Shown piece after piece: positions 19,489-30,205 of a DNA stretch of 64,000 nucleotides. Location of the stretch: NCBI GenBank assembly GCA_017515795.1, contig JAFWEE010000008.1, positions 6,549 to 70,548 on the forward strand, written 5' to 3'. The position numbers and the translations under genes are program-made. Within the stretch, counting starts at the first letter, position 1, and each line of letters starts with the position of its first letter. Origin of the DNA: Bacilli bacterium. GTDB taxonomy: Bacteria; Bacillota_I; Bacilli_A; RF39; UBA660. The notes below the pieces were generated by a model, which searched no databases, was not told the origin of the DNA, and saw only the letters and a program-made list of their open reading frames with translations.

Positions 19489-20844
19489 TTATTGTGCAAT
19501 AGGCATACTTATAAATGGAGTTGGATGATAATTCTTAAGTACTAATTCTTTATTTCCAATTGGGTTTTCTTCTAAATATGGATCACCCTTTTTAACATAA
19601 TCAGTAGAATAATCAAAGAAACTATCATGTTCTGCAAGTTCTAATACTGGAGTTTCTCTAGTAAGCATATGTTCAAAGCTTAGTTTTCTTTCAAATGTTT
19701 CTTCATATTCTTTAGCTAAATCAGGAGTAACCTTTTTGATTTCCTTTACTTGTTCTACCATTTTTTTCTCAACAATATCTTCTCCAAATAAAGCTTTTAT
19801 TTGTTTAATTTCTTTTTGGTAATTATCTATTAAGATATTATATTCTTTTTCAATTGCTTCATCACTTCTTTTTTGAATTAAATCTGAGTAATAACGCATA
19901 TATTTATATCTTTGTAATTGTTTTTTAATACCTTCTAATTGGTTAACATATATATGTGTATCTTGGATATTCCATGCCATAGTTCCAACTTCATATCCAT
20001 TTGCTTTTGCAAACATACATTGTATTAATGCATATTGTGGAATATTAAATGGAACTCCTAGAGGTACATCAGCACTTCTTTGAGTAACGTTTGAATGAAG
20101 TTTTCTATCTGGCGTAGTCTTAAATATATCTAAGAAAACACAGCTTGGTAATACTGCCTTTGGTAAATGTGCATTTTGCCATAAGTTTATTATCATTCTT
20201 CTATCTGTTGGATTATTCTTAAGTCTATATTCAACACATTGAGGCATTTTATATAGATTATTTATAAAACCATATGCTTCTCCTATAGTACCAGCATATT
20301 CTTTTCCAAAATAGATAGCTTCTCTAATTGTTAATCTTTTTCCTTTTTCATCAACCTCAGTAAATGGTTTAACAAGTATTTCACTACCATTTTCATCTAA
20401 ATATGGAACTTTAATAATTTCACCAGTTTTAGGATCAAATTCTTGTTTTTTACAAATAACTTTTCTATCAGGATCATCTATTGCATTTTCACCTTGTTCA
20501 TAAATTCTATAGATACCATCTTCATCTACAACCCATTGATTCCATACTGGATTATCTCTATCCTTTAACCATTGTACTTCATTTGATTGAACTTGATGTA
20601 TCCATTGAATTTCTGAAGCAAAGTTTTTAGCATTTACTTTCTTAGTTTCCATTATTGGGAAACCTTTAGATAAATCAAAAATATGTTGCCAGTTAGCAAT
20701 TGCTATAGTATCTATACCAGTTCTATTGTTTGTTCTTACACCATTATCTAATATATATTGTAATAACTCACAATATGCAGCATCTACTTCAGATATAACT
20801 GCATTTTTCCTATTTATTCTTATTTCTTGTCCGTTAATTTTCAT
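19489..20844 (-). CDS. thyA: Thymidylate synthase (ThyA fold) with large insertions
   Basis: 451 aa; NRTG, DRRMIINLW, catalytic LPSC, QRSADVPLGVPFN, QDTHIY, C-terminal PIAQ. Two insertions of about 80 aa relative to the 264-aa E. coli enzyme. Confidence 0.8.
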   Translation of the reverse strand: MKINGQEIRINRKNAVISEVDAAYCELLQYILDNGVRTNNRTGIDTIAIANWQHIFDLSKGFPIMETKKVNAKNFASEIQWIHQVQSNEVQWLKDRDNPVWNQWVVDEDGIYRIYEQGENAIDDPDRKVICKKQEFDPKTGEIIKVPYLDENGSEILVKPFTEVDEKGKRLTIREAIYFGKEYAGTIGEAYGFINNLYKMPQCVEYRLKNNPTDRRMIINLWQNAHLPKAVLPSCVFLDIFKTTPDRKLHSNVTQRSADVPLGVPFNIPQYALIQCMFAKANGYEVGTMAWNIQDTHIYVNQLEGIKKQLQRYKYMRYYSDLIQKRSDEAIEKEYNILIDNYQKEIKQIKALFGEDIVEKKMVEQVKEIKKVTPDLAKEYEETFERKLSFEHMLTRETPVLELAEHDSFFDYSTDYVKKGDPYLEENPIGNKELVLKNYHPTPFISMPIAQ

Positions 20845-20867
20845 AACCTAACCTCCCTACTATTTCA

Positions 20868-21551
20868 TTATAACATATTATTTTTATAAAAACTAAAATA
20901 ATTGTTATTTCCTATAATAATATGGTCTATTATTGGTATTCCATTTAATAATCCTATCTCTTTTAATGAATTTGTAAGAGTAATATCTTCTTTAGACGGA
21001 AGAGTATCTCCTGATGGATGATTATGAACCATTATAATAGAAGATGCAGAATAAATATAAGCATATTTAAATATTTCTCTTGGATGAACCATACTTTTAT
21101 TAATAGTGCCTATAAATAATACTTTCTTTTCTATTAAATACTTTTTATTATCTAAATATAAAACTATAAAGTATTCTTGTTTCTTATCATATAATTCATC
21201 ATGTAAGTAATCATATACTAATCTTGAATCATTTAATAATACTTTTATATTATTTTGTTCCTGATAGACTCTTCTTCCTAATTCTATAGCAGCTACTAAA
21301 GTAATTGCTTTTACCTCCCCTATTCCATTTATTTTAGTTAGATTATTTATAGAAATATTTTTTAAATCTGTAATGTTATTTATACTTTTTAAAATATTAT
21401 AAGAAAGAGACATAACAGATTCATTTTTAGTACCATTTTTAAGCACTATAGAGAGTAATTCTTCATTAGATAGATTAATTACCCCATATTTAAGTAATCT
21501 TTCTCTAGGCCTATCTAAAATGGGGATGTCTTTTACTAATATATTATTCAT
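20868..21551 (-). CDS. radC: RadC-like JAB-domain protein
   Basis: 227 aa; HhH GIGEVKAI; JAMM motif HNHPSGDTLPSKEDI. Confidence 0.9.
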   Translation of the reverse strand: MNNILVKDIPILDRPRERLLKYGVINLSNEELLSIVLKNGTKNESVMSLSYNILKSINNITDLKNISINNLTKINGIGEVKAITLVAAIELGRRVYQEQNNIKVLLNDSRLVYDYLHDELYDKKQEYFIVLYLDNKKYLIEKKVLFIGTINKSMVHPREIFKYAYIYSASSIIMVHNHPSGDTLPSKEDITLTNSLKEIGLLNGIPIIDHIIIGNNNYFSFYKNNML

Positions 21552-21601
21552 ATTTATATTATTATCTGTTTATTTATAAATTCCATTAAAAAAGAAGAAA
21601 A

Positions 21602-23308
21602 TTAAATATTTTCTTCTTCAATAATATCTTGCATATTATATACTACATCAAATATAGATACTTCTTTAACTTCATCTGAATTTCTTCTTTTCATTTCTAC
21701 TAAATGATCTACTATTTTCTTACCAATAGTAATTCTAATAGGAATACCAATTAAATCCATATCATTAAATTTAACACCAGGTCTAACATCTCTATCATCT
21801 AAGATAGTTTCTATGCCTAAATCTGTTAATTCTTGATATAAATGATTAGCAGCATCCATTTGATCTACATTTAATGTATCTATGACTACTATAGCTACTT
21901 TATATGGAGCTATATTCATAGGCCATATAATACCATTTTCATCATTTCTTTGTTCTACTATAGATGCAAGGCATCTACCAACACCTATACCATAACAACC
22001 CATTACTACAGGTTTTAAATTGTTTTCACTATCTTGATATAGTAAATCTAGGGCTTCAGAGTACTTAGTTCCTAATTTAAATGTATTACCTATTTCTATA
22101 CCTTTTTTAAATGTTAATTTACCTTCACATTTAGGACATACATCTGATTCTTTAATATTTCTAATGTCTCCTGTAATAGCTACTTCAAAATCACTTAAAT
22201 TAACATTCTTATAGTGATAATCTTTCTTATTAGCTCCTACTACAAAGTTAACCATATTAGTTACTTCATTATCTAGTATTACAGGAACTTTTAATCCTAT
22301 AGGTCCAACAAAACCTATAAATGTATTTAATTTCTTTTCTACTACTTCTTTTTCTGCTAGTTCTACTGACTTAGTATTAAGTAGCTTACATAATTTACTT
22401 TCATTTACTACTGAATCTTCTTTAAGCATAACAGCATAATATTTATCTTCTTCTGTTTTATATATTAGTGTTTTAACTTCTTTAGTTTTAGCTTCTGGAA
22501 GACATTCTATTAACTTTTCCCTAGTAGTTGCATCCTTAGTTAATACTAAGTCTTTTTCTAATGGAGTTTCATTTGATTTATCTTCTACATGTATACATTC
22601 ACATACATCCATATTAGATGCAAAATCACATCTATCACAAAGAACTAATGTATCTTCTCCTATATCAGTTATTGCTTGGAATTCTTCTGATAAAGATCCT
22701 CCCATAGTACCTACATCAGATCTAACTATTTTATAATCAATACCTAGCCTTCCAAATATTTTCTTATATGCATTAAACATTGCAGTATAACTTTTATCAA
22801 GAGATTCTTCATCTTTATCAAATGAATATGCATCTTTCATAAGAAATTCTCTTACTCTAATAAGTCCATATCTAGGTCTTGGTTCATCCCTAAACTTAGT
22901 TTGTATTTGATATAAAGTAAATGGTAAATCTGTATAAGAATTAACTTTTGCTTTAGCTGCTATAGTAAATAATTCTTCATGAGTTGGTCCCAAACAATAA
23001 TTCTTATCAAATCTATCATTTAATCTAAACATATCTTTACCAAAAGCATCTAATCTATTACTTTTAGCATAATAATCAGCTTGTATTAAAGCTGGCATTA
23101 ATAATTCAGATGCACCGGCATTATTCATTTCTTCTCTTATTATTTTTTGAATATTATCTAGTACTTTATATCCCATAGGTAAAAACATATATATACCAGA
23201 TGATGTTTTTTTTAGCATGCCTGCTCTAACTAATAAGTTACCAGATACACTATCTTCATCTTTAATATTCTCTCTAATTGTAAAGAAATAACTATTTTTT
23301 AATTTCAT
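21602..23308 (-). CDS. proS: Proline--tRNA ligase (bacterial type with INS editing domain)
   Basis: 568 aa; motif 2 FRDEPRPRYGLIRVREF; motif 3 GCYGIGVGR; no T-box in the 70-nt upstream spacer. Confidence 0.95.
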   Translation of the reverse strand: MKLKNSYFFTIRENIKDEDSVSGNLLVRAGMLKKTSSGIYMFLPMGYKVLDNIQKIIREEMNNAGASELLMPALIQADYYAKSNRLDAFGKDMFRLNDRFDKNYCLGPTHEELFTIAAKAKVNSYTDLPFTLYQIQTKFRDEPRPRYGLIRVREFLMKDAYSFDKDEESLDKSYTAMFNAYKKIFGRLGIDYKIVRSDVGTMGGSLSEEFQAITDIGEDTLVLCDRCDFASNMDVCECIHVEDKSNETPLEKDLVLTKDATTREKLIECLPEAKTKEVKTLIYKTEEDKYYAVMLKEDSVVNESKLCKLLNTKSVELAEKEVVEKKLNTFIGFVGPIGLKVPVILDNEVTNMVNFVVGANKKDYHYKNVNLSDFEVAITGDIRNIKESDVCPKCEGKLTFKKGIEIGNTFKLGTKYSEALDLLYQDSENNLKPVVMGCYGIGVGRCLASIVEQRNDENGIIWPMNIAPYKVAIVVIDTLNVDQMDAANHLYQELTDLGIETILDDRDVRPGVKFNDMDLIGIPIRITIGKKIVDHLVEMKRRNSDEVKEVSIFDVVYNMQDIIEEENI

Positions 23309-23378
23309 TAATAAATCACTTCCATGTAAAAATTATATCAAATATATATATTTAATTCAAATAAAAAAAGAATAAGCA

Positions 23379-25724
23379 TTACTTATTCTTTTTAGTTTTA
23401 TATACTTCATTAATTACTACATAAATTATTAAAGCTAATCCTATTAATAATACTGCAATTATTAAAGCCAAGTTATTAAATAATCTAAATAATTCAAATA
23501 CTATTATTACGAAGATATATATAATACCAAATGTAATCATATATTGATATTTTTTTATTAGACCTATAAATACATAAGCTAATGCTAATCCTAAAGAAAC
23601 TATAATACCTATAGTAGTAGTATTAATAGCTATCATTGAGAATAATATTAAAGGCCATATAATTACATGCATTCTTGTATCATATTTCATCTTAAAGAAG
23701 AATGCTAATGTAAATAGATATATTATTGCAGGTAATATAACTAATTGGTTACCAATACCTGTATAATAATTACATACAAAATCATAATATGGTATTAAAC
23801 ATGCAGTAGATAGAATTATTATAGTTCCACCTTTTTCTTTACCTGTTAGTCCAAGTATTACTAATATTACCATATATATGAATAATGTAATAATTGAACT
23901 AAATAATGTAATATTAACAAATGAATTAACTATATTATATATAAGTATTAATCCAACAACTTCTGCAATTATTCTAAATGCTTTGTAGTTATTATATAAG
24001 CATATAGAAGTAAAGTTAACCATAAATAGTATTGCAATTAAAAGTATTACAATAACTTGAGTATATGGTGATATAAATATTGATAATAGAAGTGCTAATA
24101 TTTGTCCAAAGAATAAGTAGAATTTACTTAAACCTTTACTTAATCCTTTAACTATTATACCTACAGATATAGCAATTAGAGAAATACAAGCAAATACAAT
24201 TCTTATATCTATTTCTAATATATAATTGATTTTTAATAATGAGAATGCAAGTATTATAAATGTTGTTATATTTATACCTATACTCTTTTCCATAAACGAA
24301 ACAAATATAAATAATAACATTAATAATACATTTAGGAATAATACATATATAGCACTAGTTCCATATACACACATAAGCATAGATAATATTAATGCTCCAA
24401 GTGTATATCCATAATATATTTTATTTACTTTACTATTAACTGTTCTAGTGATCATATATACTACTAAGTATATAGATGAAACTAATAACATTATAAATAT
24501 TCCGGATATATCTACTAAGAAATTAACTAATCCTATTACCATAAATAAACAAGATAGTGGAATTAGTATATCACTCATTAATCTAAATTTCTCTGTGAAT
24601 CTATTAATTATATTGAACACTAGTATTCCTGCACTTATAATTGCAAGCATTAAATACATATTTAGATCTATAACACATACAAACGCTACTAATAATGCAA
24701 TATATAATGATGTATATGCTATTATTTTAAATGATATTTTCAAGTATTTATTCTTAAATAATAAATATAATACATATACTGCAATTATTGAAATTACAAA
24801 TAAACCTGCAAATAGATTTTCATTTTGAATAGTAACATCTAATACAGCAAGTATTACAGGTACCATAACATATGGCGAAAAATATGTATAGAATGATTTT
24901 CTGTTTTGATATATAAATACAAATGCATTTACAAAGAATAGAACTACTATAAGAATTAAATATATATTAAATGTATAGCTTAATTGGAATTCACTTAGAA
25001 TACCTATAGGTAAATATAAACTTATTGCAGAGAATAATATACTTGTAAAGAATGTAATTGATTTTTTAAAGTAATTATTCTTATGATTAATAAAGTTGAT
25101 TATTATTACTAATAATACATATACTAAACTAGCAAGTAAGAAGAATGTAATACTCTTTTCAAATGCTAAGAATACATTAACTAAGAATGCATATATAAAT
25201 AAATATGAAATATATGCGAATGGTTTAAATTTAAGTAAGAAATAAGACATTAAATAGATACCAGCACATATTGCATTTGATATTGCTAAATATACAAATA
25301 TACCTGCTCCTTTATATGATAAATAATCACCAAGTAAATTATATACTGGTATAGTATATAAAATAATTGGAATCATTAATACTGCCATCATATAAAATGC
25401 TTTAGATAATCCATTATTCTTTATTTTTGCAAATGTAAATGAAATTATAAAGAATAACAATGATTCAAATGTTAAAAATGATATTTTAAATAATCCTGTC
25501 ATATTTTCCCATGTACATATAGCAAATATAAATGTTGCTAGTATTACAAGAGATACACCAACATATAATATTAGATTATTAACATTAATCTCTTTCTTTT
25601 CTACAACTTTTGGTTCATCTTTTTTAGTAGTTTTAACTACATTTTTTTTAATTTCTTTACCACAATTAGTACAGAAATTACTATTTTGTTTAATCTTATT
25701 ACCACATTCAGTGCAATAATTCAT
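23379..25724 (-). CDS. Polytopic membrane protein with an N-terminal zinc ribbon
   Basis: MNYCTECGNKIKQNSNFCTNCGKEI followed by more than 20 hydrophobic segments. ATG at 25724 is preferred (RBS AGGGA) over GTG at 25742. Confidence 0.75.
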   Translation of the reverse strand: MNYCTECGNKIKQNSNFCTNCGKEIKKNVVKTTKKDEPKVVEKKEINVNNLILYVGVSLVILATFIFAICTWENMTGLFKISFLTFESLLFFIISFTFAKIKNNGLSKAFYMMAVLMIPIILYTIPVYNLLGDYLSYKGAGIFVYLAISNAICAGIYLMSYFLLKFKPFAYISYLFIYAFLVNVFLAFEKSITFFLLASLVYVLLVIIINFINHKNNYFKKSITFFTSILFSAISLYLPIGILSEFQLSYTFNIYLILIVVLFFVNAFVFIYQNRKSFYTYFSPYVMVPVILAVLDVTIQNENLFAGLFVISIIAVYVLYLLFKNKYLKISFKIIAYTSLYIALLVAFVCVIDLNMYLMLAIISAGILVFNIINRFTEKFRLMSDILIPLSCLFMVIGLVNFLVDISGIFIMLLVSSIYLVVYMITRTVNSKVNKIYYGYTLGALILSMLMCVYGTSAIYVLFLNVLLMLLFIFVSFMEKSIGINITTFIILAFSLLKINYILEIDIRIVFACISLIAISVGIIVKGLSKGLSKFYLFFGQILALLLSIFISPYTQVIVILLIAILFMVNFTSICLYNNYKAFRIIAEVVGLILIYNIVNSFVNITLFSSIITLFIYMVILVILGLTGKEKGGTIIILSTACLIPYYDFVCNYYTGIGNQLVILPAIIYLFTLAFFFKMKYDTRMHVIIWPLILFSMIAINTTTIGIIVSLGLALAYVFIGLIKKYQYMITFGIIYIFVIIVFELFRLFNNLALIIAVLLIGLALIIYVVINEVYKTKKNK

Positions 25725-25781
25725 ATTTATCCCTACTTTCACTCATAATTATAACATAATTAAAAAGAAAAAACTAGAAGA

Positions 25782-28313
25782 TTATTTTAATAATTCTTCT
25801 AGTTTATTTTTTTCTTCTTGAAGTTTAATCCTATCCATTTCTACTATATTAGCAGGTGCTTTATTAATATAGTTTTCATTAGATAATAGTTTTTCTCTTC
25901 TTCCTATAGATGCTTTTAAATCTTCTATTTGTTTTTGTTTGTTTTCTATATCTTCGCTAGTTTCTTCTTTTTCAAAGTATATAGTAGCTTTAATATTATT
26001 ACTATTTACTGGATATGACTTAATACTTAATGGTTCATTTATTAAATTATCACTTAATCTTAGAACTTTAATTACTAAATCGTTATAAATACTATCTTCA
26101 AATAATATTTTAAGATCTTTTGTCATATTATTTTCTTGTTTAATATTTCTAAATTTCTTCATGAAATCTATTTGATCATCTACTATAATTTCTACATCAT
26201 TAAATAATAATTTCTTATCATATTCTGGATATGAAGAAATCATAATACTTTCTGTATCTTTTACAGGAATCATTTGATATATTTCTTCAGTAACAAATGG
26301 CATAAATGGATGAAGCATCTTCATTATACCTGTTAATATATAACATAAAGTACTCTTAGTAGATTCATTATCTATAGAATATTTAGCCATTTCTATATAA
26401 TAATCGCAGAAATAATTCCATGTGAATTCATATATTTCTGTACCTGCTAAATTAAATTCATATTTATCCATGTGTTTAGTAACACTTTTTAATGTATTTT
26501 CATACTTAGTAAGAATCCATTTATCGATTGATGATAAATTATCTAATTTAATCTCTTTTAGGTCTTCTATGTTCATTAAAACGAATCTAGAAGCATTCCA
26601 TACTTTATTTATAAAATTCCATGTAGCAGTTAATTTTATTTCACTAAAGTTAAGATCTAATCCCATAGATCCTTCAGTAGTTAAATAATATCTAAGAGAA
26701 TCTGCTCCATATTTATCTATCATTTCAAATGGATCTACTGTATTACCAAGAGATTTACTCATTTTGGTACCATGTTCATCTCTAATTAGTCCATGAATAA
26801 CACAATCTTTAAATGGTCTATAACCAGTTAAATATTCTGATTGGAAAGCCATTCTAGCAACCCAGAAGAATATAATATCATAACCAGTAACTAAACAATC
26901 AGTTGGGAAATATCTTTCTAAGTCTTTAGTATTATTTGGCCAACCTAGTGTAGAAAATGGCCATAATGCAGATGAGAACCAAGTATCAAGTACATCTTCA
27001 TCTTGAATCCATTCTTCTCCTTCTGGAGCTTCCATTCCTACATATATTTCATCACCCTTGTACCAAGCAGGTATTCTATGACCCCACCAAAGTTGTCTAG
27101 ATATACACCAGTCATAAGATATATTCATCCAGTGTCTTAGTATCTTTTCAAATCTCTTTGGAACAAAGTTTATTTTTTTATCTTTATCATCTTGGAATTT
27201 TAATACATTTTCAGCTAGTGGTGCCATCTTAACAAACCATTGTTTTTTAACCATTGGTTCAACCATAACACCTGTTCTTTGAGAGTGACCTACTTCATGT
27301 ACTAGAGGTTCAACTTCTAGAAGTAATCCTTGTTCTTTTAAGTCTTTTAATACTTCTTCTCTACATTCCTCTCTAGTCATTCCTTGATACTTTTCTGGAA
27401 CATTTTCATTCATAGTAGCATCATCATTCATTATGATAATTCTCTCTAAATTATGTCTGTTTCCTACTTCAAAGTCGTTAGGATCATGAGCAGGTGTAAT
27501 TTTAACACAACCAGTTCCTTTTTCCATATCAGCATGTTCATCTGTTATAACTGGTATAGGTTTATTCATTATTGGAAGAATAACATTCTTACCTACAAAA
27601 TCTTTATATCTTTCATCTTTTTCATTAACTGCAACAGCTGTATCACCAAATAATGTTTCTGGTCTAGTTGTAGCTACATCTAAGTATTTATCAGAACCTT
27701 CTAATTGATATTTTAAATGATAGAAAGCACTCTTTTCTTCTGAGTATTCTACTTCTTCATTAGAAAGTGCTGTTTTAGCAGCAGGATCCCAGTTAATTAT
27801 CTTTTCACCTTTATAAATTAAACCTTTATTATAATAGTCTACGAATACTTTTCTAACTGCATAATTAAGGTCTTCATCTAATGTAAATCTTTCTCTAGAA
27901 TAGTCTACTGATAAACCTAAACCAGCCCATTGATTTCTAATATTGTCTCCATATTCATGAGTCCAGTCCCAACAAGCTTCTAGGAAGTTTTCTCTTCCAA
28001 ACTCATATTTATCAATACCCATATCTTTTAGTTTCTTAACTACTTTAGCTTCTGTTGCTATTGCTGCATGATCCATACCAGGAAGCCATAAAGCATCAAA
28101 GCCTTTCATTCTTTTATATCTTATAATTGCATCTTGTATTGAAGTATCATAAGCATGTCCAATATGTAATTTACCTGTTACATTTGGAGGTGGTATAACT
28201 ATACAATACGCTGGTTTCTTTGATTCGTTATCTGCTTTAAAGTAACCATTTTCTTTCCATAAGTTATATTTATCTTTTTCTACTTCTAAATGATTATATT
28301 TCTTATCTAACAT
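25782..28313 (-). CDS. valS: Valine--tRNA ligase
   Basis: 843 aa; HIGH region PPPNVTGKLHIGHA; KMSKSLGN; C-terminal coiled coil. Confidence 0.96.
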   Translation of the reverse strand: MLDKKYNHLEVEKDKYNLWKENGYFKADNESKKPAYCIVIPPPNVTGKLHIGHAYDTSIQDAIIRYKRMKGFDALWLPGMDHAAIATEAKVVKKLKDMGIDKYEFGRENFLEACWDWTHEYGDNIRNQWAGLGLSVDYSRERFTLDEDLNYAVRKVFVDYYNKGLIYKGEKIINWDPAAKTALSNEEVEYSEEKSAFYHLKYQLEGSDKYLDVATTRPETLFGDTAVAVNEKDERYKDFVGKNVILPIMNKPIPVITDEHADMEKGTGCVKITPAHDPNDFEVGNRHNLERIIIMNDDATMNENVPEKYQGMTREECREEVLKDLKEQGLLLEVEPLVHEVGHSQRTGVMVEPMVKKQWFVKMAPLAENVLKFQDDKDKKINFVPKRFEKILRHWMNISYDWCISRQLWWGHRIPAWYKGDEIYVGMEAPEGEEWIQDEDVLDTWFSSALWPFSTLGWPNNTKDLERYFPTDCLVTGYDIIFFWVARMAFQSEYLTGYRPFKDCVIHGLIRDEHGTKMSKSLGNTVDPFEMIDKYGADSLRYYLTTEGSMGLDLNFSEIKLTATWNFINKVWNASRFVLMNIEDLKEIKLDNLSSIDKWILTKYENTLKSVTKHMDKYEFNLAGTEIYEFTWNYFCDYYIEMAKYSIDNESTKSTLCYILTGIMKMLHPFMPFVTEEIYQMIPVKDTESIMISSYPEYDKKLLFNDVEIIVDDQIDFMKKFRNIKQENNMTKDLKILFEDSIYNDLVIKVLRLSDNLINEPLSIKSYPVNSNNIKATIYFEKEETSEDIENKQKQIEDLKASIGRREKLLSNENYINKAPANIVEMDRIKLQEEKNKLEELLK

Positions 28314-28327
28314 TTTTATTCTCCTTT

Positions 28328-29245
28328 CTAATAACCTATTGATTTATTACCAATAGTTTCTAATTCTTTTCTTATTGGTTCATATTCAGCATCAATTACT
28401 GAATTTATATTAGAACTAATTTCTTTCATTTTAACTAAATTATTACTTGGATTTAATAAATCTACTAGCATTGGATATAATTTATCTCCAAATGCTAATA
28501 ATTTATAATAAGTTTCACCAAGTATAGCATCTACTCTTGTATTATCATGATATATTTCTGCTTCTTTTAATACTTCATGTAAATTTGGAATATTATATGA
28601 TAATACATTATTTGCTAAACTTCTCATTAATTGATATCCCTTAGTAGTAAATGGTTTACCTATTAATTCTGAAGTAATTTGTTCTTCTGCAACAGCATTA
28701 AAACCTTCTTCTAAACCCACTCCTGTTTCAAAGCAAACAGTTCTTTTAACAACACCATTAACTTCATTTAATTGGAAAGTCTTACTAATAAAACCAGATT
28801 TTTCTATTAAAGTGTCTTCTCTAATAGTATGTTCTCCATTATATGATTTTATTAAATGACATATTTCATGAATTAAAGTAGCTTTAACTGTATCTAATTC
28901 TAAAGATGATGCATTAATAGCAATTATTCTATTAGTATTTTCTAATTCATATTTATCTCTTGCTTTATCATATTTTATAACTGGTTCACAATGATATGCT
29001 CCAGAACAAAATTTTAATGTTTCTAAAGATACCATTTCGTTATTTGTTGGAGTATCTCTCAAGAAACCATTATCAATTAAGCAATCATATACATTATTTG
29101 TTAATTTTATTGGAGTACTCATAAGAGATTCATATACTATTTCTTCATTATTATAATATTTAACTAGTAATGGATATACACTTCTAATAAAATTAGATAA
29201 TTCTTCATTATATCCATGTTTTTGTATAATATTTTCTATATCCAT
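28328..29245 (-). CDS. Hypothetical HExxH protein (putative zinc metallohydrolase)
   Basis: LIHEICHLI motif with a downstream GLEEG. ATG at 29245 overlaps the upstream TAA (TAATG), and the RBS GAGGGG lies inside the HD gene. Confidence 0.7.
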   Translation of the reverse strand: MDIENIIQKHGYNEELSNFIRSVYPLLVKYYNNEEIVYESLMSTPIKLTNNVYDCLIDNGFLRDTPTNNEMVSLETLKFCSGAYHCEPVIKYDKARDKYELENTNRIIAINASSLELDTVKATLIHEICHLIKSYNGEHTIREDTLIEKSGFISKTFQLNEVNGVVKRTVCFETGVGLEEGFNAVAEEQITSELIGKPFTTKGYQLMRSLANNVLSYNIPNLHEVLKEAEIYHDNTRVDAILGETYYKLLAFGDKLYPMLVDLLNPSNNLVKMKEISSNINSVIDAEYEPIRKELETIGNKSIGY

Positions 29246-29952
29246 TAAATACACCCCTCATTTATATATTCATTACATATTTCTCTTAATTCTTTGACTC
29301 GTTCATCATCAAATTTATTTAAAACTAAATCAAACTTCTTATTAATTAAATCTTGTTCTTTTATTATTTTAAATGATTTTTGAAAGTTTAAATCAAAGAT
29401 AAATGCTATTAATCTAAGTAAGCAATGAAATGTTGAATTTTCTATAACATATTCATTCTTTAATTGTTTGTGTTCTTTAAAACAATTAATAATATCATCT
29501 GTTAATATTAGTTCTTTATCAGAACACTCTATTTTATGATCTACAATAATAGCTATTTTATCAGCATCCCTAGTTATATTACAGAATAATTTAGTTCTAT
29601 CATCTAATGAATCATTTATTTTATATTTATTATGATAGTATGTACTTTTTTCAATAATATCATTTTTAATACCTAATTCATTTAATAATATAGTACCTTC
29701 TTTACCATGATCAAATGAATGATAATCATTAAATGTCTTATATTCTTTCCATTGATTAAATCTAGCTATATCATGCCATAAAGCACATCTAGAAGCTAAA
29801 TCTATATCTTCTTCAGATAGATTTAAACTCTTTGCTATTTCTTTGGCATAATCTATAACTTTAAATGTATGATCATATTTCATATAAGTACCATATTCAC
29901 TATTATTATATTTTTCATAATATTCATTAAATATTTTTAAATCTTCTTTCAT
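29245..29952 (-). CDS. HD-domain metal-dependent phosphohydrolase
   Basis: H...HD...D pattern (DHTFKV, LWHDIARF, HSFDHGKEG, RDADKI). ATG at 29952 has RBS AAGGAG; the ORF-track N-terminal extension runs into the T-box terminator. Confidence 0.8.
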   Translation of the reverse strand: MKEDLKIFNEYYEKYNNSEYGTYMKYDHTFKVIDYAKEIAKSLNLSEEDIDLASRCALWHDIARFNQWKEYKTFNDYHSFDHGKEGTILLNELGIKNDIIEKSTYYHNKYKINDSLDDRTKLFCNITRDADKIAIIVDHKIECSDKELILTDDIINCFKEHKQLKNEYVIENSTFHCLLRLIAFIFDLNFQKSFKIIKEQDLINKKFDLVLNKFDDERVKELREICNEYINEGCI

Positions 29953-29969
29953 AAATACTCCTTTTAAAC

Positions 29970-30200
29970 AAAAAAGACTAGTCATCCAAAAGGACGATCT
30001 AGTCGTGGTACCACCTTAATTCGTTATATTACTATAACCTCTAACCTATAACGTTGGTAACGTATTAATTTACTATAATTCAACTAATAAGCTCCTAAGC
30101 TACCTTCAATTACTTTTTATTAAGAAAAGCTTTCAGCCGGTGACTTTTCATCTCTTGTAATTACTAAGTAATTTACTCCTCTTATTCATCGCTTTTTCTA
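29970..30200 (-). promoter_or_regulatory. T-box riboswitch leader, tRNA-Val (operon HD-HExxH-valS)
   Basis: Minus strand: AGCGAUGA near the 5' end; T-box AAUUAAGGUGGUACCACG (30004-30020). The terminator GACUAGAUCGUCC/GGAUGACUAGUC plus U6 (29970-30004) shares the antiterminator 3' strand, which is the canonical arrangement. Candidate specifier is GUC-A (30144-30142), with GUA at 30104-30102 as an alternative. Confidence 0.85.
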
Positions 30201-30205
30201 ATGGT

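Noticed and set aside
19654-20532. thyA insertions as an intein or a mobile insertion
   Set aside because: There is no Cys/Ser-start with His-Asn-end intein signature and no homing-endonuclease motifs. The inserts are in frame, and their composition matches the rest of the gene
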